Assembly: GCA_044337015.1 (NCBI GenBank)
Contig: JBIIOJ010000003.1
Location: 1-39,258 of the forward strand
Reading direction: 5' to 3'
Source: Pirellulales bacterium
GTDB taxonomy: Bacteria > Planctomycetota > Planctomycetia > Pirellulales > UBA1268
Length of the DNA stretch: 39,258 bases
Part shown: positions 1 through 9,729 of the stretch, piece after piece
Layout of the letters: every line of letters begins with the position of its first letter
How positions within the stretch are numbered: the first letter of the stretch is position 1
The notes under the pieces: generated by a model
What the model saw: the letters and a program-made list of their open reading frames with translations, nothing else
Told to the model about the DNA's origin: nothing
Database searches by the model: none
Position numbers and translations under genes: made by a program

Positions 1-21
1 GGTTTGGCGCCCCCCCCCCCA

Positions 22-60
22 CGTCCGGCGAGCGGCATACGGGCAGCCCCGAACCCAGCA
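22..60 (+). repeat. Right end of dispersed hairpin-rich repeat element (partial, window edge)
   Basis: cgtccggcgagcggcatacgggcagccccgaacccagca matches 34265-34304 apart from two substitutions and a 1-nt indel; contains the core GCAYACGGGCAGCCCCGAACC at 35-55. Confidence 0.85.
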
Positions 61-120
61 GAGCCGACGAACCGAAAAAGCGTTGCAAAACGCCGGACTC
101 GAACGCGGCCGCACAAGAAA

Positions 121-2313
121 CTACGGCGCGATCGGCGTCACGGGCACTGGCGGCCGCCGGCCCGGGTCGAGAGCCTCGGTCTTCAGCGGCGCGATCGCCC
201 CTCCTCGGCCGGCGGTCACGTTCGCCGCGGGATCGAGCCGGGCGAGGCTCGCCACGCCCTTGTCGAGGGCCTGGAGGTAGTCGAGCGTCACCCGCATCGC
301 CTCGTTGAAGTAGAAATCACGCTTCACGACCGGCCGCTTCGGGTCCGCCGACTCCTCGAGTTTCTTCTCCTCGTCGTCGGCCGCCTTGGAGTCGTTCCAG
401 AACTTCGTGAAGTCGTCCTCGACGAGCGAGATCGTCTTCTGGTTCTTCCGAGACTTGTACCGCTCAATCTCGCGGCCGACCTTTCGAAACTCTTCGTCAG
501 CGCCGACGCGGCCCTCGGAACGGCTGCGGAGCATCGAGACCAATTCGTCGGAGACCTTCTCGCTCGAGGCATGGGCGGCCCGCGGCACCCGGTCGAAGGC
601 GAGCGCGTAGTCGAGATCCGATTCACCCACCTCCAGGTGCGTCGTGATGCTCGGCAACTCCACGTCGCTGCCGACGCCCTCGTTTTGCGTGCTGTCGCCG
701 CTCGGGCGGTAGAACTGCTGCATCGTGATCTTGATGGCCCCGAGCGACGGCCCCGGAAGCTGGCGGAAGACCTTGATCTCCTGGAGGCTCTGGACGGTTC
801 CCTTGCCGTGCGTCGCCTTGTCACCCACCACGAGGCCCCGCTTGTAGTCCTGGATCGCGCCGGCGACGATCTCGCTGGCGCTGGCGCTGAACTTGTTGAT
901 CATCACGACCAGCGGTCCTTTCCACTCCAAGCCCGGTTCGACCGCGTCATACTGCTGCACCCGCTTGTCGGCGTCCTTTACCTGAACGACCGGCCCGGTG
1001 TCGACGAACAGGTCGGTGAGCGAGATCGCCTCCGGCAGGGAGCCGCCCCCGTTGTTGCGGAGATCGAGCACGACGCAGTCGACCCCCTTGCCCTTGAAAT
1101 CCTGGAGGATCCGCCTGCAGTCCCGGGTCGTGCTCTTGTATTCGGCCTGCCCCTGCCGGGCGCCGGCCATGTCCATGTAGAAGCTCGGCAGGTTGATGAC
1201 GCCGATGCGATAGGGGGTTCCGTCGGCCTTCTTCCCCTCCTCGATCACCTCGCCGCGGGCCTCGCTGTCCTTCAGCTCGATGCTCGCGCGGGTGATGTCG
1301 TAGACCTTCGGCTCGGTCTGGCCGAACGGGATCACCTTCAGCCGCACGATCGTGCCTCGCTTGCCCCGGATCAGCTTCACAACCTCGTTGAGGTTCATGT
1401 CGACGACGTCGACGATCTCGCCGTCGAGCCCCTGCCCGACGCCGATCACGCGATCCTTCGCCTTGAGGCGGCCGTCCTTGTCGGCCGCGCCGTTCGGCAC
1501 GAGGCTGGCGACCGTGGTGTAGCCGTCCTCGCCCTTGAGCGAAGCGCCGATGCCGTCGAGCTGCAGACGCATCTGGATCTCGAAGTTCTCGAGCGTGCCG
1601 GGGCTCATGTAGCTCGTGTGCGGGTCGAGGCTTGCCGTGAGCGTCGAGAGGTAGGTTTCGAGCAGTTCGTCGGCCGTCATCTGGTGCATCCGCTTGGCGA
1701 AGCTGCGGTACCGCCGCAGGAGCTTCTCCTTCGCCTCCTTTTCCGGTGTCTTCTCCATCTTCTGCACGAGCAGGTCGTACTTGATCCTCCGCCGCCAGAC
1801 CGCCTCGGCCTCGGCGTCGCTGGCGGCCCAGGTCGTCTCCTTCCGGTCCACCACGATCGACTCGGGCACCGTGAAATCCTGGGGCGACTCGATGAGCCGC
1901 TCGATCATCGGCAGCCGCTGGTCGACGCGGTCGAGGAACCGGCCGAAGACGTCGTAGGCGAACGTGACGTCGCCCCGCCTGACCATGTCGTCGAGGCCGC
2001 CGACCCTCGCCGTGAAACCGTCGATGTCCCCCTGCAGGAAGTAGACCTTCATCGGGTCGAGCGCCTCGATGAACATCTTGAACCACCGCGTGGCGATCTC
2101 GTCGTCGATCGACCGGCGGGTGAGATGCTCCCGCTCGAGGTAGCTCCGCACGGCCAGGGCGATCTGGCGGTCGTTCGGACCGGGGGTGACGACGTTCGGG
2201 GCCGGCTCCGCCAGGGCGACCTTCGTCGTCATCGGCTCCGACAGGCAGACCACGAGGGCGGCCCACGCTGCGAGTGCTCCGCCGACGCCACCATGCTGCC
2301 TGATCCAATCCAC
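121..2313 (-). CDS. prc: Carboxy-terminal processing (tail-specific) protease, S41A family, with PDZ domain
   Basis: Motifs LDPHTSYM, GIGASL (PDZ), VLDLRNNGGGSL, SASASEI (catalytic Ser), GKGTVQ (catalytic Lys); GTG at 2313 has AGGAGGT 5 nt upstream; signal-like N-terminus. Confidence 0.9.
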   Translation of the reverse strand: MDWIRQHGGVGGALAAWAALVVCLSEPMTTKVALAEPAPNVVTPGPNDRQIALAVRSYLEREHLTRRSIDDEIATRWFKMFIEALDPMKVYFLQGDIDGFTARVGGLDDMVRRGDVTFAYDVFGRFLDRVDQRLPMIERLIESPQDFTVPESIVVDRKETTWAASDAEAEAVWRRRIKYDLLVQKMEKTPEKEAKEKLLRRYRSFAKRMHQMTADELLETYLSTLTASLDPHTSYMSPGTLENFEIQMRLQLDGIGASLKGEDGYTTVASLVPNGAADKDGRLKAKDRVIGVGQGLDGEIVDVVDMNLNEVVKLIRGKRGTIVRLKVIPFGQTEPKVYDITRASIELKDSEARGEVIEEGKKADGTPYRIGVINLPSFYMDMAGARQGQAEYKSTTRDCRRILQDFKGKGVDCVVLDLRNNGGGSLPEAISLTDLFVDTGPVVQVKDADKRVQQYDAVEPGLEWKGPLVVMINKFSASASEIVAGAIQDYKRGLVVGDKATHGKGTVQSLQEIKVFRQLPGPSLGAIKITMQQFYRPSGDSTQNEGVGSDVELPSITTHLEVGESDLDYALAFDRVPRAAHASSEKVSDELVSMLRSRSEGRVGADEEFRKVGREIERYKSRKNQKTISLVEDDFTKFWNDSKAADDEEKKLEESADPKRPVVKRDFYFNEAMRVTLDYLQALDKGVASLARLDPAANVTAGRGGAIAPLKTEALDPGRRPPVPVTPIAP

Positions 2314-2515
2314 GTCGCACCTCCTGACCCGGGACCGCTCGTGCCTGCCATGCCGGCATCCCAAAAGTCTACGCGGCTCGCGGGCTTTCGGCACGCGCGA
2401 GGGACGAAAATTTCCGGGACCGGCGGAAGACATCCTGACAGCTTGCCGGGTTTCGTGCGAGGCCGAAAGTGCCCGGGCGATGCCGCCGCGGCGATACGCC
2501 GACGGACCTCGGCAT

Positions 2516-3289
2516 TCAGCCGTCCCCCGCGATCGCCTCCCTTGCCCGCTCCGCGACCGCCGTCGCCACGCGACGGTCGGCCCCGAGCCGCCCCACCACG
2601 ACCCAGTCGATCGACGGATGCTCGCGCCTCGCCCGATCCACCCGCTCGGCCACCTGCGTCTCGACGTGACCATGGAAGAGGAGATGGGGATGCACGACGA
2701 CGCGGCCCTCGCCTCCCTCTGCGGCAGCGGCGATCGCCTCGTCGAGCGTCGGCCTGGCGGCGGCGACGAACCCCAGCCCGATCGCCGCCGGCCCGTCGGC
2801 AGCTTCGGCGAACGCCAACTCGGCGAAACCCCTCAACTGCGACTCCGCGGTGGGATCGCTCGAACCTCGTCCGACCACCATGATCCGTGTCCGTGCGGCC
2901 GGCGGCCGGCCCGCGACCGCCTCGCTATGACGCAGCCGCGCGAGCTCCACCACCGCCTCGTGGCAGCCGATGACGTTCGCCTGGCGCACGACGATGCCGT
3001 GAGCCTCGGCCGCCCGGAGCACGGCCTCCGGAACATCCCGCATCGCATGACCGGCCGCGAACAAAAGGATGGGCACCACGACCGCCTCGCGGCACCCGGC
3101 CGTCGCCAGGGCGGCCACCGCCTCGTCGATCGAAGGCTCGATCAGCTCCAGGAATCCGAGTTCGACGCGATGCCCGGGGAGGAGCTCCGCCGCCATCGCC
3201 GCGACCCGGCGGCACTCTTCGGCGCCGACGGCGCTCGTCGTGCCGTGGCCAACGATCAGGACGCCCTGGGTGAAAACGTTGTCGTGCAT
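2516..3289 (-). CDS. cbiX: Sirohydrochlorin chelatase, CbiX/SirB family (two-domain)
   Basis: LIVGHG, FLELIEPSI, PILLFAAGHAMRD, second domain VVGRGSSD and PHLLFHG. Confidence 0.8.
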   Translation of the reverse strand: MHDNVFTQGVLIVGHGTTSAVGAEECRRVAAMAAELLPGHRVELGFLELIEPSIDEAVAALATAGCREAVVVPILLFAAGHAMRDVPEAVLRAAEAHGIVVRQANVIGCHEAVVELARLRHSEAVAGRPPAARTRIMVVGRGSSDPTAESQLRGFAELAFAEAADGPAAIGLGFVAAARPTLDEAIAAAAEGGEGRVVVHPHLLFHGHVETQVAERVDRARREHPSIDWVVVGRLGADRRVATAVAERAREAIAGDG

Positions 3290-3298
3290 GGCATGAGT

Positions 3299-4657
3299 CT
3301 ATTCACTCCCAGCGGTCGACGAAGAACGACGGCCGGCGAGCGACAGGGCGAGAAGCAGCGTCCCCACCGCGACGGCGTAGGGGGCCGCGTGCGACGCATG
3401 GGCCGTGAAGAGCACCGATCCGACGAAGGGGCCGAGGATGCGGCCGAGCGACGCGAACGACTGGTTGACGCCGAGCACCTCCCCTTGGCGGGCCGGATCG
3501 GCCGACCGCGAGATGATGGCCGAGATCGAGGGGTTCACGCAGGCGAAACCGACCACGGCCGCGGCGGCGGCCGCGTAGAACCACGCGAGCGTCACCGCCG
3601 GAGGACCGCCGGCCTGCCCCGCTTCCGTTGCGCCGAGCCCGTGGATCCGCAAGGCGACGAGCCCGACACCACCCAGGCCGAGCACCATCAGAAAGAGCCC
3701 AGCTCTCAGGAGGCTCGATTCGCTCCAGCGTTTGGCAATCGCGCGGTATCCGCCGCCGGCGATCACGAGCACGACGCCGATCATCGCGAAGACGAGGAAG
3801 TTGTCGTCGTCGGTCATGCCGAAGGCGTGCCGCGTGAAGAGCGCGAGCGTGGCCTCGAAATTGGCGAAGGAGAAGATCGACAGGAAATAGACGAGCACGC
3901 AGGTGCCGATCGCGGGCATCGCGAGTACCGAAGCGGTGCGGCCGAGGCTGAAGAACTCCCTGCCCGCCTTGTTCGCCGGGTTGCGGGTCTCGCGGAAGAC
4001 GGCGATCGCGATCACGAGGGCCACGAGCGACAACAGCGACGCGAGCACTCCCACCCCCCACGGCCGACGGTCGAAGATGGCGAGGCCGAAGTAGGCGATG
4101 AGCGGCCCGAGCGTGAACCCCGCGCCGAACGCGATCCCGATCAGGGCCATGCCCCGGGCCCGGTTCTCCGACGTCGTGCAGTCGGCGATCACGGCCGCGG
4201 CCGTGCCGACGCTCGCGCCTGCGATCCCCGCGCCGATCCGAGACAGGAACATGACCGCGATGGCCGCCGCCGCCTGCTCGGTCGGAAACGTCACGGCCAG
4301 CCCGTAGAGGGCGTAGAAGACCACCGATCCGGCGAGGCTCAGAATGAGGATCGGACGGCGGCCGAGGCGGTCGGAAACGCGTCCCCAAACGGGACTGAAG
4401 AGGAATTGCATGAGCGAGAACGAGGAGAAGAGCAGTCCGAGCGTCGCACCGCGGAGGGCGGTCGGAAGCTCCAGCGCCGCGAGGTACGGCTCGGCCTGCC
4501 GGGGCATCACCGGTAGCACGATGCCGAAGCCCAGGAGGTCGATGAATACGGTCAGGAAAATGACCGCGAGCGCCGACCGCGGGGGGGCCGATGGCGACGC
4601 ATCCGTAGCCGCATCGATCCCGTCCCGCAGCGTTCGATCGGTCGGTGCCATCGGCAT
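3299..4657 (-). CDS. MFS transporter, TetA/DHA1-like
   Basis: IFLTVFIDLLGFGIVLP, motif A GRVSDRLGRRP, GFTLGP; about 12 hydrophobic segments; start at 4657 or 4651. Confidence 0.85.
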   Translation of the reverse strand: MPMAPTDRTLRDGIDAATDASPSAPPRSALAVIFLTVFIDLLGFGIVLPVMPRQAEPYLAALELPTALRGATLGLLFSSFSLMQFLFSPVWGRVSDRLGRRPILILSLAGSVVFYALYGLAVTFPTEQAAAAIAVMFLSRIGAGIAGASVGTAAAVIADCTTSENRARGMALIGIAFGAGFTLGPLIAYFGLAIFDRRPWGVGVLASLLSLVALVIAIAVFRETRNPANKAGREFFSLGRTASVLAMPAIGTCVLVYFLSIFSFANFEATLALFTRHAFGMTDDDNFLVFAMIGVVLVIAGGGYRAIAKRWSESSLLRAGLFLMVLGLGGVGLVALRIHGLGATEAGQAGGPPAVTLAWFYAAAAAAVVGFACVNPSISAIISRSADPARQGEVLGVNQSFASLGRILGPFVGSVLFTAHASHAAPYAVAVGTLLLALSLAGRRSSSTAGSE

Positions 4658-4811
4658 GAGACTGTCGCAGCGATCCTCGGCCGTCAAGGCGTGCGGCGCG
4701 ACGCGGGGAAGCGGAGTCGGTTCGATCCAAACGTCAGCCCCTCCCCTCCGGCCTGCTACACTCTCCGCGAATTCGGACCCAAGGAAGAAATTGCACGAGG
4801 CAGGGCCGCCC

Positions 4812-5732
4812 ATGTCGCCGAAAGACACCATCTCCGAGCCGTCCCTTTCCGAGTCGCTCGAACGCGCGAGGGCCTTCGTCGATCCGCTCCTGCAGGCTGC
4901 GATCGAGCGGCTTCCCGATCCACCGGCGAGGCTCGCCGAGGCGATGCGGTATTCGCTGCTCGCTCCGGGCAAGCGGCTGCGGCCGGCGCTCGTGCTCTGG
5001 GCTTCCCAGGCCTGCGGCGGCTCGTGGGAATCGGCCGGCCCCTGTGCGGCGGCCGTGGAAATGATCCACGCCTACTCGCTCGTACACGACGACCTGCCGG
5101 CGATGGACGACGACGACCTGCGCCGCGGCCGCCCGACCTGCCACCGCCAGTTCGACGAGGCCACGGCGATCCTCTGCGGCGACGCGCTGCAGCCCCTCGC
5201 GTTCGAGACCTTGGCCTCCGGGCTGCCCCCTACGATCGCCGCACGTGCCTGCCTCGTGCTCGCGCAGGCGGCCGGCGGAGCGGCCCTCGTCGGCGGGCAG
5301 GCCGAAGATCTCGCCGCCGAGCGGCAGGCGGGATGGGGCGAGCACGAGGAACCGGCCGCGCTCCTCGAGCGGATCCACGCGAGGAAGACCGGGGCGCTCT
5401 TCCTCGCGTCGCTCCACTTGGGAGGGCTCGCCGCCGGAGCCACCGCCAAGCAGCTCGCGACGCTCGAGGCCTACGGCCGCGACTTCGGCCTCGCGTTCCA
5501 GATCGCCGACGACCTGCTCGATGCCGAGGGCTCCGAGGAGATGACGGGCAAGCGGGTGGGCAAGGACGTCGGCCGCGGCAAGCTCACGTTTCCCGCGCTC
5601 CACGGCATCGACGGCAGCCGCCAGCGGGCCGTTCGGCTCGCCGAGGAGGCCGCCGCCGCGGCCGGCGAACTGGGGGCGGGTGGCCGGGAACTGGCCCTTC
5701 TGGCCCGCTGGATCGTCCGCCGCGACCACTGA
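4812..5732 (+). CDS. ispA: Polyprenyl (farnesyl/geranylgeranyl) diphosphate synthase
   Basis: GKRLRP, FARM VHDDLPAMDDDDLRRGRPT, KTGALF, SARM FQIADDLLD, GKLTFP; directly upstream of dxs. Confidence 0.92.
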   Translation: MSPKDTISEPSLSESLERARAFVDPLLQAAIERLPDPPARLAEAMRYSLLAPGKRLRPALVLWASQACGGSWESAGPCAAAVEMIHAYSLVHDDLPAMDDDDLRRGRPTCHRQFDEATAILCGDALQPLAFETLASGLPPTIAARACLVLAQAAGGAALVGGQAEDLAAERQAGWGEHEEPAALLERIHARKTGALFLASLHLGGLAAGATAKQLATLEAYGRDFGLAFQIADDLLDAEGSEEMTGKRVGKDVGRGKLTFPALHGIDGSRQRAVRLAEEAAAAAGELGAGGRELALLARWIVRRDH

Positions 5733-5870
5733 GCCGCCTCACGCGGTTCCACGGGGTTCGCGCCGTTCCGCGGGGCCGCGGGCCCTGGCGGGCAGAATCG
5801 CCGCCATCGGCTACGATAAGAAGGTGGAAATCCCGTTGGCGACCTCGGTTTCGCGATCGCAAAACCGCCG

Positions 5871-5904
5871 CTAGAGCAGCAGGAATCCTAGATCAGCAGG
5901 AATC
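5871..5904 (+). repeat. 17-bp tandem duplication containing the dxs ribosome-binding site
   Basis: ctagagcagcaggaatc / ctagatcagcaggaatc (1 mismatch), ending 2 nt before the dxs ATG. Confidence 0.85.
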
Positions 5905-5906
5905 TC

Positions 5907-7853
5907 ATGGAAGAAATCCTCCCCTCGATCCTCTCCCCCCGGCAGTTGGCTGGGCTGTCGATCGACCAACTCGAACGGCTGGCCTCCGAGATGCGGAGGG
6001 CCCTCTGCGAGGTGGCGACGACCCGCACCGCCCATTTTGCATCCAACCTGGGCGTGGTCGAACTCTGCCTCGCCCTCCACCGCGTCTTCGACTTCAGCCA
6101 CGACCGGCTGATCTGGGACACCGGCCACCAGATCTATCCTCACAAGCTCGTGACGGGTCGTTTTGCTCGGTTCGGAACGATCCGGACCAAGGGCGGCCTG
6201 ATGGGCTATCCGAACCCGGAAGAGAGCCCCTACGACCTCTTCATGACCGGCCACGCCGGCTCGAGCGTCTCGACGGCGCTCGGCCTGGCCAGCGGGGACG
6301 GGCTTCGCGGGCAGCACGATCGGCGGAGCGTCGCCGTGATCGGCGACGGGGCGTTTCCTTCGGGGATCGTCTTCGAGGCGCTCAACAACGCCGGTTTTCT
6401 GAAGGACCGCCTGCTCATCATCCTCAACGACAACAAGATGTCGATCTGCCCGCGCGTGGGGGCGCTCGCGGAATACCTCGACATGGTGCGGACCAATTCC
6501 TGGTACCGCGGGCTCAAGCAGGAGATGGGGGATCTCATCAAGGGCGTCCCGATGGTCGGCGGGCAGGTGGAGCGGATGCTCTCCAACGTCAAGGACTCGA
6601 TCAAGACGACGCTCCACGGCGGCGCTCTCTTCGAGGCGATGGGGGTCCGCTACTTCGGTCCGGTGGACGGCCACTCGCTGCCGCAGCTCATCCGGTACCT
6701 GGAACTCGTGAAGGACGAAAAGGGGCCGGTGCTCCTGCACGTCCTCACGGAGAAGGGGCATGGATTCAAGCCGGCGGAGGCCGACCCCGTTTTCTTCCAC
6801 ACCCCCGCCCCGTTCGAGTGCGACAACGACGACTGCGTCGTGTCGGTCCGCAAGTCCTCCGCTCGGGCCTACACGGACGTCGCGAGCGACTCGATCCTCG
6901 AAGCCATGAAGCGGGATGATCGGGTCACGGTGATCACCGCGGCGATGTGCCAGGGCAATAAGCTCGAGAAGGTCCGCGAGGCCTTTCCGAAGCGGTTCTT
7001 CGATGTCGGTATCTGCGAGTCGCACGCGGTCGCCTTCGCCGCCGGACAGGCGAAGGTGGGCTGCCGTCCGATCGTCGACATCTACAGCACGTTCCTACAG
7101 CGGTCGTACGACCAGATCTTCCAGGAGGTCTCCCTGCAAAACCTGCCCGTGGTGTTCATGATCGACCGCGCCGGCCTCACGGGCCCCGACGGCCCCACCC
7201 ACCACGGCTGCTTCGACCTCGGCTACCTCCGGGTGTTTCCGAACATGACCGTCCTCGCCCCGGGCGACGAGGCCGACCTCGTGGCAATGCTCGACTGGGC
7301 CCTCGCGCAGGACGGACCGGTGGCGATCCGCTATCCGAAGGCCGGCGTGGAGCGGCACGACCGCCTCCCCCGCGTGCCGATCGCCCGGTGCCGTGCCGAG
7401 CGGCTCGTGCGCGGGGGCGACGGGCTCGTCATTGCCTGCGGCACGCTCCTTGGCGCGGCCCTCGAGGCATCGGCCCGACTCCGCGAGGAGGGGCTCGAGG
7501 TGGGCGTGATCAACGCCCGGTTCGTGAAGCCGCTCGACGAGGCGACGCTGCTCGAGGCGATCGAGGCGGCGCCATGGGTCGTGACGGTCGAGGAGGCGTC
7601 GCTCCCCGGCGGCTTCGGTTCGGCCCTGCTCGAGGCCGTGGCCGACGCACGAGCAACGCAGACCGGCTCGTCGACGTCCGCGACGCCGATCGAGCGGCTG
7701 GGCATCGCCGACCGGTTCATCGAGCACGGCGAGCGGGGAGAACTGCTCGCGGATCTCGGTCTCGATGCCTCCGGGATTGCAGCCTGCTGCAGGAAGCTCG
7801 CCGGTCGATCGGCGAAAGGTCCTGCGACGGCCGACGCCGTCGAAATCGCCTGA
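5907..7853 (+). CDS. dxs: 1-deoxy-D-xylulose-5-phosphate synthase
   Basis: HFASNLGVVEL, WDTGHQIYPHK, TPP motif GDGA...LNDN, DVGICESHAV, YSTFLQRSYDQ, DRAG..GPDGPTHHG, IRYPK. Confidence 0.97.
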   Translation: MEEILPSILSPRQLAGLSIDQLERLASEMRRALCEVATTRTAHFASNLGVVELCLALHRVFDFSHDRLIWDTGHQIYPHKLVTGRFARFGTIRTKGGLMGYPNPEESPYDLFMTGHAGSSVSTALGLASGDGLRGQHDRRSVAVIGDGAFPSGIVFEALNNAGFLKDRLLIILNDNKMSICPRVGALAEYLDMVRTNSWYRGLKQEMGDLIKGVPMVGGQVERMLSNVKDSIKTTLHGGALFEAMGVRYFGPVDGHSLPQLIRYLELVKDEKGPVLLHVLTEKGHGFKPAEADPVFFHTPAPFECDNDDCVVSVRKSSARAYTDVASDSILEAMKRDDRVTVITAAMCQGNKLEKVREAFPKRFFDVGICESHAVAFAAGQAKVGCRPIVDIYSTFLQRSYDQIFQEVSLQNLPVVFMIDRAGLTGPDGPTHHGCFDLGYLRVFPNMTVLAPGDEADLVAMLDWALAQDGPVAIRYPKAGVERHDRLPRVPIARCRAERLVRGGDGLVIACGTLLGAALEASARLREEGLEVGVINARFVKPLDEATLLEAIEAAPWVVTVEEASLPGGFGSALLEAVADARATQTGSSTSATPIERLGIADRFIEHGERGELLADLGLDASGIAACCRKLAGRSAKGPATADAVEIA

Positions 7854-7863
7854 GCCACGCGAC

Positions 7864-7900
7864 GTTCCCTGAACCCCTAGTGTTCCCTGAACCCCTAGTG
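7864..7900 (+). repeat. Perfect 18-bp tandem duplication at the dxs/nadK junction
   Basis: gttccctgaacccctagt twice (7864-7881, 7882-7899). Confidence 0.9.
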
Positions 7901-8803
7901 CCTGAGCCCGCCGTGGCCTCCTCCGCCATCCGTATCGTTCCCGGGCGGCCCGTCGCCTCGCCACTGTCGGTGGCAATCGTCGGCGCGTCGTCGGTGAGCC
8001 GCGTGCCAGCCGAGGCTTCTCGCCTCGAGGGCATCCTCCGGCGTGCGGGGCAGGAGGCCGTCGTGCGATCGCTCGACGAGTCGTGGGAGATCGAGGCCGA
8101 CGACGACCTCGTGATCGTCCTTGGCGGCGACGGCTCCATCCTGCGGACAGCGCGTCGCATGGGCTACCAGCAGCGGCCCGTGCTCGGAGTGAACCTCGGC
8201 CGGCTCGGCTTCCTCACGCACTGCGCGCCCGCGGAGTGCGAACAGGCGATCGGGGAGATCCTCGCGGGCCGCTTCCGACTGGTCGAGCATCTCATGTTCG
8301 AGTGCGAGGTGGTCCGCGGCGGTGAAATCGTCTGCCGCGAGCTCGGCCTCAACGAGACGTCGATCCTCGCGGGCCCCCCCTTCTCGATGATCGAGGTCGA
8401 CCTCGTGGTCGACGGCGAGGAAGCGGCCTCGTACCGCGGCGACGGGCTCATCGCGAGCACGCCGGTCGGCTCGACGGCCCACAGCCTCTCCGCGGGCGGA
8501 CCGATCCTGCGGGAGGATCTCGACGCATTCCTGTTCACGCCGCTCAACCCGCACACGCTCACGAACCGGCCGGTCATCGACTCGGCGTCGCGGATCTACG
8601 AGTTGGTCGTCCCGAAGCCCAACGCGGGCACGGCCTGCGTCGTGGACGGCCGCGTCGTCGCCCAACTGGCCGCCGGCGACCGTGTCCGCATCCGCCGCGC
8701 GGCTCCCCGGTTCATGCTCATCGAGACCGGCGGCCACGGCTACTACCGCACGCTGCGGGAAAAGTTGCAGTGGGGCGGCGGCTTCCGGGCCGCGCCAGGC
8801 TGA
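7898..8803 (+). CDS. nadK: NAD(+) kinase
   Basis: GGDGSIL, GVNLGRLGFL, LNE, DGLIASTPVGSTAHSLSAGGPI; start uncertain (GTG at 7880, 7898 or 7913). Confidence 0.92.
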   Translation: MPEPAVASSAIRIVPGRPVASPLSVAIVGASSVSRVPAEASRLEGILRRAGQEAVVRSLDESWEIEADDDLVIVLGGDGSILRTARRMGYQQRPVLGVNLGRLGFLTHCAPAECEQAIGEILAGRFRLVEHLMFECEVVRGGEIVCRELGLNETSILAGPPFSMIEVDLVVDGEEAASYRGDGLIASTPVGSTAHSLSAGGPILREDLDAFLFTPLNPHTLTNRPVIDSASRIYELVVPKPNAGTACVVDGRVVAQLAAGDRVRIRRAAPRFMLIETGGHGYYRTLREKLQWGGGFRAAPG

Positions 8804-8835
8804 CCGGCATCCACGCGGCCGCACGAGGAGAACCC

Positions 8836-9705
8836 ATGGAGGAGACCGGCTCACGACGACGCGTCATGGCGGGCCTTCTCGCCGCGACTCTGACGCTGTT
8901 CGCGGGATCGCCGCTCGTCGCCGAGGAACGGACCGTCCGGCTGCGTTATGCCTTCACGTCGGGCGAGAAGCTCACGATGGAGGTGGAGCACCGCGCCGTG
9001 ACCGATACGACGATCTCCGGAGCGAGGCAGTCGGTGGAGACCTCGACCGACTCCCGCAAGATCTGGACCGTCGTCGACGTGGAGGACGACGGCAGCACGA
9101 CGCTCGAGAACTCCGTCGACGGGGTATCGATGACCTCGCGGTCGAGCGACCGCGGAGAGCTCCGCTGGAAGAGCGGCGACGGCACGCCTCCCCCGCCCGG
9201 TTACGAGGGTGTGGCCGAGAGCCTCGGTGTGCCACTCTCCCGGACCGTGATCGACGCCTTCGGTCGCATCCTCAAGCGGCAGGATCTCCGGCCGGCGGCC
9301 GCCTCGAATACGGGCGATTTCCCGGTGGTGCCGCTGCCCGACCATCCGGTGAAGGTTGGCGACGAGTGGACCGTGCCACAGGAGGTGGTCGTCGAGGTGC
9401 CCAACGGCCCGAGACGGGCGGTGAAGACGCGGCTCCGCTACCGCCTCGCGGCGGTCGAGGACGGCCTCGCGAAGATCGATGTCGACACGACGGTCCTGAC
9501 GCCCGTCGACGACCCGCGGCTGGAGGCTCGCCTCCTCGAGCGGATCTGGGACGGCCGCATCCTCTTCGACATCGCCCGCGGACGGGTGGACCGTCGCACC
9601 ACCGGCACCGACCGCCACGTCGTCGGCTTCAGCGGACCCCAGTCGAGCATCCACTACAAGGCCAAGCTCGACGAACGCCTCGTCGACACGACGAAGGCCG
9701 AGTGA
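8836..9705 (+). CDS. Exported hypothetical protein, beta-rich (possibly DUF6263-like)
   Basis: GAGGAG RBS before ATG; signal peptide SRRRVMAGLLAATLTLFAG; LRYAF..GE N-terminal pattern and PDHPVKVGDEW; coding-like codon pattern. Confidence 0.7.
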   Translation: MEETGSRRRVMAGLLAATLTLFAGSPLVAEERTVRLRYAFTSGEKLTMEVEHRAVTDTTISGARQSVETSTDSRKIWTVVDVEDDGSTTLENSVDGVSMTSRSSDRGELRWKSGDGTPPPPGYEGVAESLGVPLSRTVIDAFGRILKRQDLRPAAASNTGDFPVVPLPDHPVKVGDEWTVPQEVVVEVPNGPRRAVKTRLRYRLAAVEDGLAKIDVDTTVLTPVDDPRLEARLLERIWDGRILFDIARGRVDRRTTGTDRHVVGFSGPQSSIHYKAKLDERLVDTTKAE

Positions 9706-9721
9706 CGGACAGCCCCGAACC
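9705..9721 (+). repeat. Isolated degenerate copy of the dispersed repeat core
   Basis: acggacagccccgaacc is 16/17 identical to acgggcagccccgaacc; lies in the short gap between convergent stop codons. Confidence 0.6.
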
Positions 9722-9729
9722 CCGGGGAA

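Noticed and set aside
10-20. Poly-C run as a phase-variation tract
   Set aside because: It lies at the extreme window edge, outside any gene or promoter, and is more likely a low-quality sequence end.
4-2883. 959-aa plus-strand ORF and many other long alternative-frame ORFs (e.g. 2186-4516, 4691-6919, 26217-28943, 34477-36534)
   Set aside because: They are antisense or frame-shifted shadows of well-supported genes, Arg/Pro/Gly-rich with no motifs, as expected in high-GC DNA.
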